From: an uncultured Acidobacteriota bacterium
GTDB taxonomy: Bacteria > Acidobacteriota > Thermoanaerobaculia > UBA5066
Length of the DNA stretch: 64,000 nt
NCBI GenBank assembly: GCA_963779415.1
Contig: CAVZYA010000001.1
Location: 1,760,001-1,824,000 of the forward strand
Direction: 5' to 3'
Numbering within the stretch: the stretch's first letter is position 1; each line of letters opens with the position of its first letter. The notes beneath the pieces are model-generated. The model made no database searches. It saw only the letters and a list, made by a program, of their open reading frames with translations, and had not been told where the DNA came from. Below are positions 42,843-53,113 of the stretch, piece after piece. Made by a program: the position numbers and the translations under genes.

Positions 42843-43340
42843 TCATTTCTGGAGCCCTTCCGGGAACTGGACGAAGCTCCCGTTGACGAGAATGATGTCG
42901 TCCGTAAAGAAGTGTGTCTCGCCGAGCGGAGGGGAGGAGTCGGGGGTCCCGTCGGCACCGTTCGACCGGATCGCGTAGTTCGCCCGGGAGGAATCGGTCC
43001 CGTAGGTGAACCACGAGTTCCACCCGTCCACGAGTGGAACGGTCCGAAGGTAGGTCGGGGAAATCTCGGAAACGATGGCGCCAATCGTGGCCGTCGGCAG
43101 GGAGAGCCCCGAAGGGAGGGCGTAGCCGGCCGCCGCCGGGAACCCGTTCACATCGGTCTCGTAGGAGTCGATGCCGAGGGCGATCGTCCGAATGTCGGCC
43201 ATCGTCCGCTTCTGGCGCGCCCGGTTCATTACGTTCCGGAGATTCGAGGCCGCGATCGCGACGAGAATCCCGATGATCGCGCTGACGATCAGGACCTCGA
43301 TCAGCGTGAAGCCGCGGCGTCTCCTCGGGGGCCCGGCCAT
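42843..43340 (-). CDS. Second pilin / GspG-like pseudopilin, paralog of 42155-42658
   Basis: RRRRG|FTLIEVLIV; RARQKRTMADIR, DGWNSWFTY and FPEGLQK align with the neighbouring pilin. Confidence 0.85.
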   Translation of the reverse strand: MAGPPRRRRGFTLIEVLIVSAIIGILVAIAASNLRNVMNRARQKRTMADIRTIALGIDSYETDVNGFPAAAGYALPSGLSLPTATIGAIVSEISPTYLRTVPLVDGWNSWFTYGTDSSRANYAIRSNGADGTPDSSPPLGETHFFTDDIILVNGSFVQFPEGLQK

Positions 43341-43399
43341 TTCGTGACTCCAGAATACAAGAACCGTGCCCTCCCCCGCCGACTTGAGATACTTCCCGT

Positions 43400-44959
43400 G
43401 TGACCCCCGGGGCGCCAAGTTCCGCCCCCCTGTCGACGGAGCGGGAACTCGAGGAGTTCGAGCGGCTCAAGCCGCGCCTCCGTGAGGTCTGGAACGCCAT
43501 CGCGCTCCGGGACGAAGAGCCGCACACGTCGGTCGTCGTCCCGTCGCTCACCCTCGACCAGACGGAGCTCAAGAAGCTGGACGGCGTCAGCTTCTACGAG
43601 GAGCGCCTCCTCTTCCTCCTGATCCGACTCCGCAATCCACGGGCCCGCATCGTCTTCGTCACGTCGCAACCGGTCCACCCGCTGATCCTCGAGTACTACT
43701 TCCAGCTCCTCGTCGGAATCCCCGCGAGCCACGCGCGGGGCCGGCTTACGCTCCTGTGCGCCTACGACTCCTCGCCCCGGTCGCTGACGGAGAAGATCCT
43801 CGAGCGGCCGCGCCTCATCGAGCGGATCCGCGAGGGGATCGCCGACCCCTCCCGCGCGTACCTCACGGTCTTCAACTCGACGCCGCTCGAGCGGCGCCTC
43901 GCCGTTCTCCTTGGCATCCCGCTCAACGGCGTCGACCCCGCGCTCTCCCATCTCGGGACGAAATCGGGGTGCCGGAAGGTTTTCCGCGAAGCCGGCATCG
44001 ACTCCCCGGAGGGATTCGAGGACCTCGGCGGCGAAGGGGACGTCATCGAGGCCCTCGTCGGGCTGAAACGGAAAAGGCCGGCCCTCCGCCGCGCGGTCCT
44101 CAAGCTGAACGACAGCTTCTCGGGCGAAGGAAACGCTCTCTTCCGGTATCCAACGGAGGGAGGCGACCGTCCCGCCGCCGTCCGGGAAGCCCTCCGCTCC
44201 CTGGAGTTCTCGGTCGGCTGGGAGACCGTGGACGCCTATATGGGAAAAGTCCGGAGCATGGGGGGAATCGTCGAGGAGTGGATCGAAGGCGCCGAGAAGA
44301 GATCGCCCAGCGTGCAGGTCCGGATCGACCCGGAGGGGACCGTCGTGCCCGTCTCCACCCACGATCAGCTCCTCGGCGGTCCGAGCGGACAGGTCTATCT
44401 CGGCTGTCTCTTCCCGGCCCATGACGACTATCGGAGCCAGATCCAACGAGCCGGAATCCGGATCGCCGAAGTGCTCGCCGCCAAAGGGGTCGTGAGCCGG
44501 TTCGGGATCGACTTCCTCGTGGCCCGCGAAGGGCCGACGGAGCCATGGCGCCTCTTCGCCATCGAGATCAATCTCCGGATGGGAGGGACGACGCACCCCT
44601 ACCTCGCGCTCCAGTTCCTCACCGGCGGACAGCTCGACCCCAAGACCGGCCTCTTCCTCTCGCCGCGCGGCCGGCCGAAGTACTACCACGCGACGGACAA
44701 CCTCCGGTCCGAGAGCTATCGCGGCCTTCTCCCCGAGGATCTGATGGACATCCTCACGATCAACGGCCTCCATTACAACCACAACTCCGAGTCGGGCGTC
44801 CTTTTTCACCTGATCGGCGCCCTTTCGCAGTTCGGCAAGCTCGGGATGAACGCGATCGGCAACAGCCGCGAGGAGGTCGAAGCGCTCTACCGCCGCACCC
44901 TCGACATCCTCGCGCGTGAGACGGGCGGAAGCGGCGAGGGGCACGAGCCCCGCTTCTGA
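43400..44959 (+). CDS. ATP-grasp ligase, PGM1-related peptide ligase family
   Basis: FYEERLLFLLIRL, GTKSGCRKVF, VLKLNDSFSGEGNA, SPSVQ, STHDQLLGG..GQVYLGC.FPA and EINLRMGGTTHP motifs. Confidence 0.72.
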   Translation: MTPGAPSSAPLSTERELEEFERLKPRLREVWNAIALRDEEPHTSVVVPSLTLDQTELKKLDGVSFYEERLLFLLIRLRNPRARIVFVTSQPVHPLILEYYFQLLVGIPASHARGRLTLLCAYDSSPRSLTEKILERPRLIERIREGIADPSRAYLTVFNSTPLERRLAVLLGIPLNGVDPALSHLGTKSGCRKVFREAGIDSPEGFEDLGGEGDVIEALVGLKRKRPALRRAVLKLNDSFSGEGNALFRYPTEGGDRPAAVREALRSLEFSVGWETVDAYMGKVRSMGGIVEEWIEGAEKRSPSVQVRIDPEGTVVPVSTHDQLLGGPSGQVYLGCLFPAHDDYRSQIQRAGIRIAEVLAAKGVVSRFGIDFLVAREGPTEPWRLFAIEINLRMGGTTHPYLALQFLTGGQLDPKTGLFLSPRGRPKYYHATDNLRSESYRGLLPEDLMDILTINGLHYNHNSESGVLFHLIGALSQFGKLGMNAIGNSREEVEALYRRTLDILARETGGSGEGHEPRF

Positions 44960-44963
44960 ACGA

Positions 44964-47900
44964 TCAGCCGGAAGCCGGAATTTCCCGTCCCCTCCAGAGA
45001 AAATAGACCGCCGGGTAGACGAGAAGCTCGAGCGCGAACGAGGTCACGAGGCCGCCGACCATCGGGGCGGCGATCCGCTTCATCAGGTCGGCGCCGGCAC
45101 CCGTGGACCACATGATCGGAAGAAGCCCCACGAACGCCGCGCAGACGGTCATCGCCTTCGGCCGGACGCGCTTTACGGCGCCGTGGATGATGGCCTCAAT
45201 CAGGTCGGCGCGGTTTCTCAGCAGCCCCTTCGCCTTCGCTTCGTCGTGGGCGAGATCGAGAAACAGCAGCATGAAGATGCCGGTCTCGGCGTCGAGTCCC
45301 ATCAGGGCGATCATCCCGACCCAGACGGCGATCGAAATGTTGTATCCGAGGAGCCAGAGGAACCAGACGGCTCCGATGATCGAGAACGGAACGGCGAGAA
45401 GGACGATCATCGTCTTCATCGCAGACTTCGTATTGGCGTACATCAGGAGAAAGATCAGGACGAGGGTTATCGGGATGACGACCTTGAGCCGCTCCTTGAC
45501 GCGGAGCATGTTCTCGTACTGACCGCTCCAGACGAGCGTGTATCCGGGGGTAATCTTCACCCGCTCGGCAACCGCCTTCTTCGCTTTTTCGACGTACCCC
45601 CCGATGTCCTCCCTGGCCGTGTCGAAGTCGACGTAGACGTATCCCGAGAGGAGGCCGTTTTCGTTCCGGATCATCGCCGGTCCCTGGATCTTCCGGATCG
45701 CGGCGAGCTGTCCGAGCGGCACCTGCGCTCCGCCCATCGTCCGGACGAGGACGCGCTCCAGACGATCGAGTGTCCTCGCGCAGCTCACGGGGGTAGCGGA
45801 CGTTGACGGAGTACCGCTCGCTCCCCTTGATCATGGTGGTCACCGTCTCGCCCCCGATCGCCGACATGATGACGGCGTTCACGTCGTCCACGGTCAGGCC
45901 ATACCGGGCCAGCTCGTCGCGGTTCAGGTCGAAATCGATGAAGTAGCCCCCCGCGGCGCGCTCGGCGAATGCGGAACGGGTCGCGGGAAGGGTCCGGACG
46001 GCCGCCTCCACGTCGGTCCCGATCCGCTCGATCTCGGAGAGGTCCGCGCCGAAGATCTTCACACCCACCGGCGTCCGGATTCCGGTGGAGAGCATGTCGA
46101 TCCGGTTCTTGATCGGCATCGTCCACGCGTTCGTCGTTCCCGGGATCTTCAGGGCCGCATCCATCTCGTCGACCAGCTCCTCGTAGGAGATCCGGTCGCG
46201 CCAGACGTGCCGGAAGATCGACGCGAGCCACCTGGGCGCCCAGGGCGAGTACCAGCGGTCTCTCCTTCGCCACCCGGACTCGGGCTTCAGGATGACGGTC
46301 GTCTCCATCATCGAGAACGGCGCCGGGTCCGTGGACGTATCGGCTCTCCCCGCCTTGCCGAAGACTCGCTCCACCTCGGGGAACGTCCGGAGGATCTTGT
46401 CCTGCACCTGCAGGAGACGCTCGGCTTCCGTCACCGAGATGCCCGGGAGCGTCGTCGGCATGTAGAGGATGCTCCCCTCGTAGAGAGGCGGCATGAACTC
46501 CGAGCCGAGCTTCAGGAAGACCGGCACCGTCGAGGCCATGGCCAGGAGGGCGACGGCGATCGTCGCCTTCGGGTGGCGAAGGACCGCGCGGCACGGGCGT
46601 TCGTAAAGGCGATGGAGAACCACGCTGATCGGGTGCTTCTCCTCGGCGTAGTACTTCCCGACGGCGATCTGGTTCGCGATCCAGGCTAGCCACTTCGGCC
46701 GGAAGGTGAAATCGTCCATCCGGACGAAGAGCATCCGCACGGCGGGGTTGAGCGTGATGGCGAGGAGGGCCGCGATGGCCATGGCGAGGTTCTTCGACCA
46801 GGCGAGCGGCCTGAAAAGGCGTCCTTCCTGGTCGACGAGCGTGAAGATCGGCAGAAACGCCACGGCGATGACGAGAAGGGAGAAGAAGACCGACGGGCCG
46901 ACCTCCATCAGGGCATCGAGGCGCACCCTGTGGAAGTCGCCGGGACGCCCCGAGTCGTTCCAGAGCTGGAGTTTCTTGTAGGCGTTCTCGACCTCGACGA
47001 TGGCCCCGTCCACGAGGACCCCGATCGAGATGGCGATCCCTCCCAGCGACATGAGGTTGATGTTCAGCCCGAGGAGCTGGAACGGAATGAACGCGAGGAT
47101 GATCGAGACGGGGATCGTCAGGATCGGCACGATCGCGCTCGGGACGTGCCAGAGGAAAAGCAGGATGACGAGGGAGACGGCGATGATCTCCTCCGTCAGC
47201 TTGTCCTTCAGCGTCGTCACGGCTCGCTCGATGAGGTCGGACCGGTCGTAGGTCGTGACGATCCGGACCCCCTTCGGAAGCGACGGCTCGATCTCCTTCA
47301 GCTTCGCCTTGACCCGGTCGATGACGTTCAGGGCGTTCTCCCCGCTCCGCATCACGACGATTCCGCCGACGACGTCCCCCTTCCCGTCGAGGTCGGAGAT
47401 GCCGCGCCGGATCTCGGGGCCCAGCGAGACCTTCCCGATGTCGCCGACCGTCAGAGGCGTTCCCTTCTCGTTCGTCTTGACGACGATCCTCTCGATGTCC
47501 CGGACGTTCTTCAGGTAGCCCCGGCCGCGGACCATGTACTCCCGGCCGGAGAACTCGATGAGCCGCCCCCCGACCTCGTTGTTGCTCTTCCGGATGGCGT
47601 CCACGACCCCGTCGAGCGAAAGGCCGAAGGCGGCCAGCGTGTTCGGGTCCACCGTCACCTGGTACTGCTTCTGGAAGCCCCCGATCGAGGCCACCTCGGC
47701 CACGCCAGGAACCGACTCGAGGGCGTACCTGAGGAACCAGTCCTGGTACGAGCGGATGTCGTCGTTGGCGTTCCGGCCGCTCTCGTCGACGAGGGCGTAC
47801 TGGAAGACCCAGCCGACGCTCGTCGCGTCGGGCCCCAGCTCGGTCTTCACGCCGGCCGGGAGACGCGACTGGATCTTCGACAGGTACTCGAGGACGCGCG

Positions 47901-48246
47901 AACGCGCCCAGTAGATGTCGGTGCCGTCCTCGAAGATGACGTAGACGTACGAGAAGCCGAAGTCGGAGAAGCCACGGATCGTCTTGACCTTCGGCGCGCC
48001 GAGGAGGGCCGTCACGATCGGATATGTGACCTGGTCCTCGAGGATGTCGGGGCTCCGGTCCCAACGGGAATAGATGATGACCTGCGTGTCCGAGAGATCG
48101 GGGATGGCGTCGAGCGGGATCTGCCGGATCACGCCGACCGAAAGGACGATGGCGATGGCATAGAGGACGAGGACGAGGAACTTGTTCTCGGCCGAGAAGC
48201 GGATGACCCTCTTGATCCATCCGCCGCCCTGATTCGGCTCGCTCAC
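44964..48246 (-). CDS. cusA: CusA/CzcA heavy-metal RND efflux permease, frameshifted near 45771
   Basis: DAIPDLSDTQVIIY, LGPDATSVGWVFQY, SLGGIAISIGVLVD, GSEFMPPLYEG and WTMPIKNRIDML; the C-terminal part (GAVKRVRPKAMT, KRIAAPMVGG) is in a second frame. Confidence 0.92.
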
Positions 48247-48256
48247 GCCGGCCCCC

Positions 48257-49699
48257 TCACTGCGCCGGGCCGCCCGGGGGCGGCGCTGCGGTCGTCGGCG
48301 CTCCGGAAGTCATGGCGGAGAGGGCGGCCTTGAGGCGCGACTCCGAATCGACGAGGAAGTTCGCCCCCCGGGCCACCACATCGCCCTTCTGAAGGCCGCT
48401 CCTGACCTCGTAGACCCCATTGCCGTGATCGCCGACGGTGATGTCCCGCGGCTGGAAGCGCCCGTCCCCGAGCGCGACGAAAGCGACCTTGCGCGTCCCG
48501 CTGTCGAGCACCGCATCGTCCGGAACGCCCAGCACCTCTCGCGTATTCCCGCGGATCGTGACGTCGGCGAACATCTCGGGCTTCAGCTCGCCCTTCGGGT
48601 TGTCCAGCTCGATCCGGACCTTCACCGTCCGTGTCTTTTCGTCGACGGCGGGATAGATGTACGTCACCGTGCCGTGCCAGCTCCTCGCCGGCCAGTAGGA
48701 GAGCGTCATCGTGGCCGCCTGGCCCACGGAGAGGCGCGGCAGCTCGTATTCGTAGACGTCCGCGAGGATCCAGACGTGCGAGAGGTCGACGATGTCGAAG
48801 AGGGTGTCGGCCGGCGTCACTTTCATGCCGTGGTAGGCCGTCCGCGCCCAGATGTAGCCGCTGATCGGAGCGTAGAGGTCGAGCGTCTTCAAGGGCTCGC
48901 CTTTCTCCTCGATCCGGGCGATCTCCCTGGGGCTGATCTCCCAGAGAAGAAGGCGCTGGCGGGCGGCATCCAGGAGGTCCTGCCCCCCCTGCGAGACGCT
49001 CGGAACCGTGGACCCGGCGAGGGAGCGCGAGGCCTTAAGCGCGAGGAGGTACTCCTGCTGCGTGGCGTAGAGGTCGGGGCTGTAGACCGCGGCCAGGGGC
49101 TCCCCTTTCCGGACGTACATCCCCGTGAAGTCGCCGTAGACGTGCTCGACGTAGGCCTCGAACCGCGTGTGGACGTGATGGACCCGCCGATCGTCGGCGG
49201 TGACCCGTCCCACCGTGTGAATCGAGGTGGCGAAAGGGAGACGCGAGACCCGGACGGTCTTCAGCCCGATGAGCTGCTGTCGTTCCGGGTCGATCCGGAC
49301 GGTCGCGAAGCCCTCCGGGACGGCGCTGGCACCCTCGACGTCCTCCGCGTAGACGGGAACGAAGTCCATCCCCATCGAGTCCTTCTTCGGGACAGGCGAC
49401 GTCTCCCGCGGATTCATCGGAGACCGGTAGAAGAGGATCTTTCGCTCCCCGGCGGAGGCCGGCGTTCCGGCCGCAGGGGCGGCGGCCGTCCGGGTCTCGA
49501 CGGGGACGAGCTTCATTCCACAGATCGGACAGTCGCCCGGATGGTCCCGCACGATCTGGGGGTGCATCGGGCACTGGTACTTCTTCGCGGCCTCGGCCAC
49601 CGGCACCGGCTTCCGGCATCCCGCCAGAGCCAGCACACCGGAGACCGCAGCCAGGAACGTTCCGAGCAGCACGAGGAGAACCAGGGAGTTCTTCTTCAT
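48257..49699 (-). CDS. cusB: CusB-type RND periplasmic adaptor with heavy-metal-binding domains
   Basis: Lipoprotein-like LAGC; YQCPMHP..CPICGMKL; YRSPM..KDSMGMDFVP; LKPEMF and ANFLVDSES. Confidence 0.9.
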   Translation of the reverse strand: MKKNSLVLLVLLGTFLAAVSGVLALAGCRKPVPVAEAAKKYQCPMHPQIVRDHPGDCPICGMKLVPVETRTAAAPAAGTPASAGERKILFYRSPMNPRETSPVPKKDSMGMDFVPVYAEDVEGASAVPEGFATVRIDPERQQLIGLKTVRVSRLPFATSIHTVGRVTADDRRVHHVHTRFEAYVEHVYGDFTGMYVRKGEPLAAVYSPDLYATQQEYLLALKASRSLAGSTVPSVSQGGQDLLDAARQRLLLWEISPREIARIEEKGEPLKTLDLYAPISGYIWARTAYHGMKVTPADTLFDIVDLSHVWILADVYEYELPRLSVGQAATMTLSYWPARSWHGTVTYIYPAVDEKTRTVKVRIELDNPKGELKPEMFADVTIRGNTREVLGVPDDAVLDSGTRKVAFVALGDGRFQPRDITVGDHGNGVYEVRSGLQKGDVVARGANFLVDSESRLKAALSAMTSGAPTTAAPPPGGPAQ

Positions 49700-49707
49700 G
49701 GTGCTGC

Positions 49708-51116
49708 CTACATTCTCCCGGCCACGGAAGTGATGGATGAAGACGAAGCCGGCGGCGACGACGGACCCATGGCAGACGCGGAGCCCGCATCGACAGAGAA
49801 CTCGTAGAGGTCGGCCTCGGCGCGGATCAGGCTGGCGAGGCGCGCCGAGGGCATCCCGGCGGTCCGTGAAGTACGTGCTGAGCGCTTCGAGAACGGTGAC
49901 GAACGGGACCGAGCCGGTCCGGTAGCTGGCGAGGGCGGCATCCACCGAGAGCCGGTCCTGGACGAGGATGCCTTCGGCGTCGAGCTTCGCTTCGGCGGCA
50001 AGGGACTCGATCCGGATCAGCCTCTTCTTCGGTGAGAGCCTGGATCTGCCGCCGGAGAGAGGTCTCCTTCGAAGAGGCCGACTCGAAAAGGCTCTCCGCC
50101 TCGACGATGAGGGGCCGCTGCTTCGCCCCGGCCCAGAGAGGGATCGAGACCCCGAGGGCCGCGGACCACATCAGTGGAAGTCCGCCGCGGTTCATGTACC
50201 CCGCCGAGGCGACGAAGTCCGGTTTCAGGTTCCTGCGGGCGAGGTCGGCCGAGAGCTTCGCCCGTTCTTTCGCGAGTCGGCCGCCTCCTTCAACTCCGGG
50301 GTGATCTCCAGAGCCTTCTCGAGGAGCTGTCCGGACGCAAGGGAGGGCCGGAATCCGTCCGGCCTCGAGCCGGCCCCCCGTCGGAAGCGGCGCATCGGGC
50401 GGCCTGAACAGGAGCCGTCGGAGCTGGCTCGCCGCCGTCCTCTCGGCTGCTTCATCCCGTCTTCGCTGCTGGAGGAGACGGGTCCTCTCGCTCTGCGCTC
50501 GGAGGATGTCCTGCTGGGTTCCGAGCCCCGCGGCATAGCGGGCGCGAATCACCCCTTCGATCTCGCCCCATGTCCCTTGCTGCTCGTCGACGAGCCGGAG
50601 ATCCTCGCGAGCTTCGAGAAGGTCGGCGTAGGCGCGCCGAACGGCGGATTCGATTGTCAGAGCGACCCGCTCGGGCCCCGTGCCGGCCCGGGCCGCATCC
50701 GCACTTGCGACCTTCTCGGCGAGGCCGAGCTTTCCCGGAAACGGAAACGCCTGCTGCGCCACGAAGGCGAGGCGCGTCATCGGTTCCGTGCCGAGCGACG
50801 GGGCGACTCCATCGTTCTCGTAGGCGATCGTGACCATCGGGTCCGGGAGCGCTCCGGCCGGGCGGATGCGTGCGGAGGCGGCGGCCGCCTCCTGTCGCGC
50901 GGCAGCCAGGTCCGGGTTCTTCGCGAGCGCCTCGGCGACAAGAGCGTCGACCTCGGCCGCGGGCACGGCCGGTTCCGTCGCGAGCAGCGCGCCCGCAATC
51001 GGGACCGTCTCGGCTGCCCGGGCCCCCGCCGAAGCGAGACACCAGACGATACAGACGCCGGCGGCCGCCGCTCGGGACCCTCTAAGAAAATCGTTCTTCT
51101 CTTCTGGTGCAAACAT
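49708..51116 (-). CDS. TolC/CusC-family outer-membrane efflux protein, broken by about four small indels
   Basis: ALAKNPDL, LPDPMV and QAFPFPGKL motifs; homologous sequence hops frames near 50340, 50280, 50025 and 49845. Confidence 0.8.
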
Positions 51117-51175
51117 CGTCTCACCTCGCGCAGAAAAGCCTCACGGAGCCGCCCTGACGGGCGGCAGGAGAACGA
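51116..51175 (-). promoter_or_regulatory. Intergenic hairpin with possible anti-Shine-Dalgarno pairing over the cusC RBS
   Basis: Stem gccgccc-tgac-gggcggc (51148-51165); the mRNA segment UCGUUCUCCU (51175-51166) is near-complementary to AGGUGAGACGA (51126-51116). Confidence 0.45.
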
Positions 51176-51188
51176 CTTCGGCGAACGA

Positions 51189-51542
51189 TCAGACGAGGAG
51201 GACCGAGTAGAGGAGGTGAAGCGGAGCCGATCGCGCGCGCGGCGCGACGCGGGCCGGGAGACCGGCCACGGCGGGAGCCTCGACGGCGACGGCGGGCAGC
51301 GGCGCCTCGGCAGGGACGACGCTTTGAGACGCCGTCTCCGCGATCGACGGCGAAGGCGCGATCGGGCCGAGCGAACAGCGGCACGGAGCGGGCGTCGCCC
51401 TGCCGTGGCTCTTCCCGGCGCAGCACGCCATCGGAGCGCCCGTGCTGCAGGGCGAGGCCGCATGGAGCTTCGCTCCCGGCCCGGCGACAAGCGCGGCGGC
51501 CACGAAGAGGAGCGAAAACGCCGAGACCCGACGGCTCTTCAC
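51189..51542 (-). CDS. Small exported Cys-rich protein leading the cus operon (DUF2946/CutF/CruR-like)
   Basis: 117 aa from GTG: signal peptide, C..MACC..H..CRC, Pro/Ala-rich region, ends RARSAPLHLLYSVLLV. Confidence 0.65.
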   Translation of the reverse strand: MKSRRVSAFSLLFVAAALVAGPGAKLHAASPCSTGAPMACCAGKSHGRATPAPCRCSLGPIAPSPSIAETASQSVVPAEAPLPAVAVEAPAVAGLPARVAPRARSAPLHLLYSVLLV

Positions 51543-51566
51543 GCTACGAGGATATACCATCGCCCC

Positions 51567-53066
51567 ATGTCGGTTCGCGCCGCGGGCATCCTTCTCCACC
51601 CGACATCGCTCCCGGGCCGCTTCGGCGTCGGCGACCTCGGCCCGGCCGCCGATGCCTTCCTGGACTGGCTGGCTTCCGCCGGGATCGGGCTCTGGCAGGT
51701 GATGCCCCTCGGCCCGACCGGCTACTGGAACTCGCCTTACAACAATCTCTCGGCTTTCGCCGGCAACTCGCTCCTGATCTCGCCCGAGCAGCTCGTCCTC
51801 GACGGATTTCTTCCAGCGTCGGCTCTCGACGCCGCACCGCCGTTTCCGGAAGACCACGTCGACTTCGGCGCCGTCATCACGTGGAAGCGCCGCCTCCTCC
51901 AGACTTCGTGGAAGCACGCGCTCGCGAACCGCCCCTCTCTCCGGGAGGAGCTGCGCGCCTTCGAGGAAGAGCCGGCCCAGAAGCGCTGGCTTTCCGACTG
52001 GACGCTCTTCGCGTCGCTCGTGGGGCGGAACCGGACCGTCACCTGGGCCGAATGGCCGCGCGAGATCATCGAGCACGAGCCTGCCGCACTCGAGGCGGCC
52101 CGGCGCGATCTGGCCGGGGAGATCGAGTTCCGGACCTACCGGCAATGGATCTTCTTCTCGCAATGGGAGCGGGTGAGGCGCGAGGCGCACGCACGAGGGA
52201 TACGGATCGTCGGGGACCTGCCGATCTACGTCGCCTTCGGGAGCGCCGACGTCTGGGCGAATCGAGACTTCTTCACCGTGGACGCGGACGGACGGCCGGA
52301 GACCGTGGCCGGCGTTCCCCCCGACTATTTCAGCCCGACCGGGCAGCTCTGGGGCAACCCGCTCTACCGCTGGGACGTCCTTGCGAAGGACGGATACGGC
52401 TGGTGGATCGACCGCCTTCGCCACAACTTCCGCCTCGCCGACATCGTCCGGATCGACCATTTCCGCGGCCTTTCGGCGTACTGGGAGGTGAAGGCGGGCG
52501 AGCCGACGGCGCGGAACGGCCGGTGGGTGAAAGGGCCGGGAATGGAGCTTCTTTCGGAGGTCCGCCGCGCTCTCGGCGAGCCGGCGATCATCGCCGAGGA
52601 TCTCGGTTCGATCGACGACGACGTCAAGGCCCTCCTCGCGGCCACGGGCATTCCCGGCATGGAGGTTCTCCAGTTCGCCTTCGACGGCGAGGACAGCCTC
52701 TTCCTTCCCCACCACCACACGCCGAACTCCGTCGTCTACACCGGGACGCACGACAACGACACCGCGCGAGGCTGGTGGGCGGCGCTCGACGAGACGACCC
52801 GCAGCAAGGTCCGGGACTATCTCGGCACTGACGGACGCGAGATCGCGTGGGACCTGATCCGCGCGGCGCTCACGTCCGTGGCCGATCGCGCCATCGTTCC
52901 GATGCAGGACGTCGCCGGCCTCGGGAGCGAGGCGCGGATGAACACGCCCGGCCGGGCCGAAGGGAACTGGTCGTGGCGCGCCCGGCCCGAGCACTTCTCG
53001 GAGGACGCGGCCTCGCGTCTCCGGCGGCTCGTCCGCCTCTCGGGGCGCCTCGCCGGCGCCCCCTGA
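51567..53066 (+). CDS. malQ: 4-alpha-glucanotransferase (amylomaltase, GH77)
   Basis: GILLHPTSLP, WQVMPLGP, GDLPIYV, GVPPDYFSPTGQLWGNP, RIDHFRG, IAEDLG and YTGTHDNDT motifs. Confidence 0.96.
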   Translation: MSVRAAGILLHPTSLPGRFGVGDLGPAADAFLDWLASAGIGLWQVMPLGPTGYWNSPYNNLSAFAGNSLLISPEQLVLDGFLPASALDAAPPFPEDHVDFGAVITWKRRLLQTSWKHALANRPSLREELRAFEEEPAQKRWLSDWTLFASLVGRNRTVTWAEWPREIIEHEPAALEAARRDLAGEIEFRTYRQWIFFSQWERVRREAHARGIRIVGDLPIYVAFGSADVWANRDFFTVDADGRPETVAGVPPDYFSPTGQLWGNPLYRWDVLAKDGYGWWIDRLRHNFRLADIVRIDHFRGLSAYWEVKAGEPTARNGRWVKGPGMELLSEVRRALGEPAIIAEDLGSIDDDVKALLAATGIPGMEVLQFAFDGEDSLFLPHHHTPNSVVYTGTHDNDTARGWWAALDETTRSKVRDYLGTDGREIAWDLIRAALTSVADRAIVPMQDVAGLGSEARMNTPGRAEGNWSWRARPEHFSEDAASRLRRLVRLSGRLAGAP

Positions 53067-53113
53067 GCCGCGCCGGATCGCGCCGTCCACCCGCTCGCGG
53101 TATCGTTCCTGAC

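Noticed and set aside
44964-51542. cus operon or vapBC as part of a mobile element
   Set aside because: No integrase, transposase, tRNA target or terminal repeats are visible.
49968-51566. N-terminal extension making MalQ 1032 aa
   Set aside because: MalQ homology begins at ATG 51567; the extension is antisense to cusC and its leader ORF.
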